A stretch of 64,000 nt of DNA, taken from contig NC_058368.1 in the NCBI RefSeq assembly GCF_018350175.1, positions 211,608,001-211,672,000 on the forward strand, read 5' to 3'. Below, piece after piece: positions 63,513 through 64,000 of this stretch (position 1 is the stretch's first letter; each line of letters begins with the position of its first letter). Source of the DNA: Felis catus (taxonomy: Eukaryota). The notes under the pieces were generated by a model. That model did no database searches and was not told where the DNA came from. It worked only from the letters and a program-made list of their open reading frames with translations. The position numbers and the translations under genes are program-made.

Positions 63513-63965
63513 CTGTGGTAGCCAGAATAATGGCCCCATCTGAAACCCCACAACTTGTGAACCTTACCCTATATGGCAAAAGCGATTTTGCAGAAGTGAT
63601 TAAATAATGGATCTTGAGGTGGACCATTATACTGGATTATCCCGATGGGCCCTAAATGTAATCTATAAGTGTCCTTATTGGAGGAGGGCAGAGGGAAATT
63701 TAATAAAGAAGAGAGGGGGGACAATATGACCATGGAGACAGAGGCGGGGATGATGAGGCCACACGATGAGTCAAGACTTGCTGGCCACCAGAAGTCGGAA
63801 ACAGCAAAGATCGGATTCGCTCCCAGAGCCCTCAGACACCTTGATTTTGGCCCCCTAAGACTGAGTGCAAACTTCTGGTATCCAGAACTATAAGAGAATA
63901 AGTCTGTGTTGTATTGAGCCTCCCAGTTTGTAGGAAGTTGTTAAAGCAGCTGTAGGAAATAAATA
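63513..63965 (+). mobile_element. MaLR solo LTR (MLT1C/D-like)
   Basis: tgtggtagccagaataatggcccc...'atggcaaaagcgattttgcagaagtgatt'...'ggattatcccgatgggccctaaatgtaat'...'ccagaactataagagaata'. Confidence 0.88.
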
Positions 63966-64000
63966 TGGCTCCTCAGCCCAGCCCAAATCCGGGGCTTCCA

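Noticed and set aside
1..64000. CRISPR array, prokaryotic-style operon or novel multi-gene system
   Set aside because: No regularly spaced repeat-spacer array or gene-dense block; the direct repeats are explained as TSDs, microsatellites or local duplications in mammalian DNA.

Overview
Mammalian genomic DNA, almost certainly from a cat-family (Felidae) species: it holds about 35 tRNA-derived carnivore SINEs (SINEC/CanSINE, some matching the young feline type) plus carnivore L1. The only gene signal is a CpG-island promoter (~700-2420) with a minus-strand first exon ending at a GTGAGT donor (1546/1545). From memory this exon resembles the non-coding exon 1 of RAI14; that call is moderate confidence and was not checked against a database. 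The gene runs off the left edge. The other ~61.5 kb is upstream, gene-free sequence made of layered transposon fossils: SINEs with clear target-site duplications (TSDs), truncated L1s, MIR/L2, MaLR LTRs, an internally deleted ERV-L provirus with a readable dUTPase remnant, and a hAT-Charlie element with transposase remnants. A few repeat-poor stretches look like enhancers. I found no supportable protein-coding exon and no convincing novel biological system. The most unusual signals are repeated re-use of single retrotransposition target sites, near-empty TSD-like duplications, possible alternative first exons with an upstream AUG (uAUG), and an immune-type motif cluster in the promoter. Repeat family names come from recalled consensus sequences, and boundaries of old repeats are approximate.
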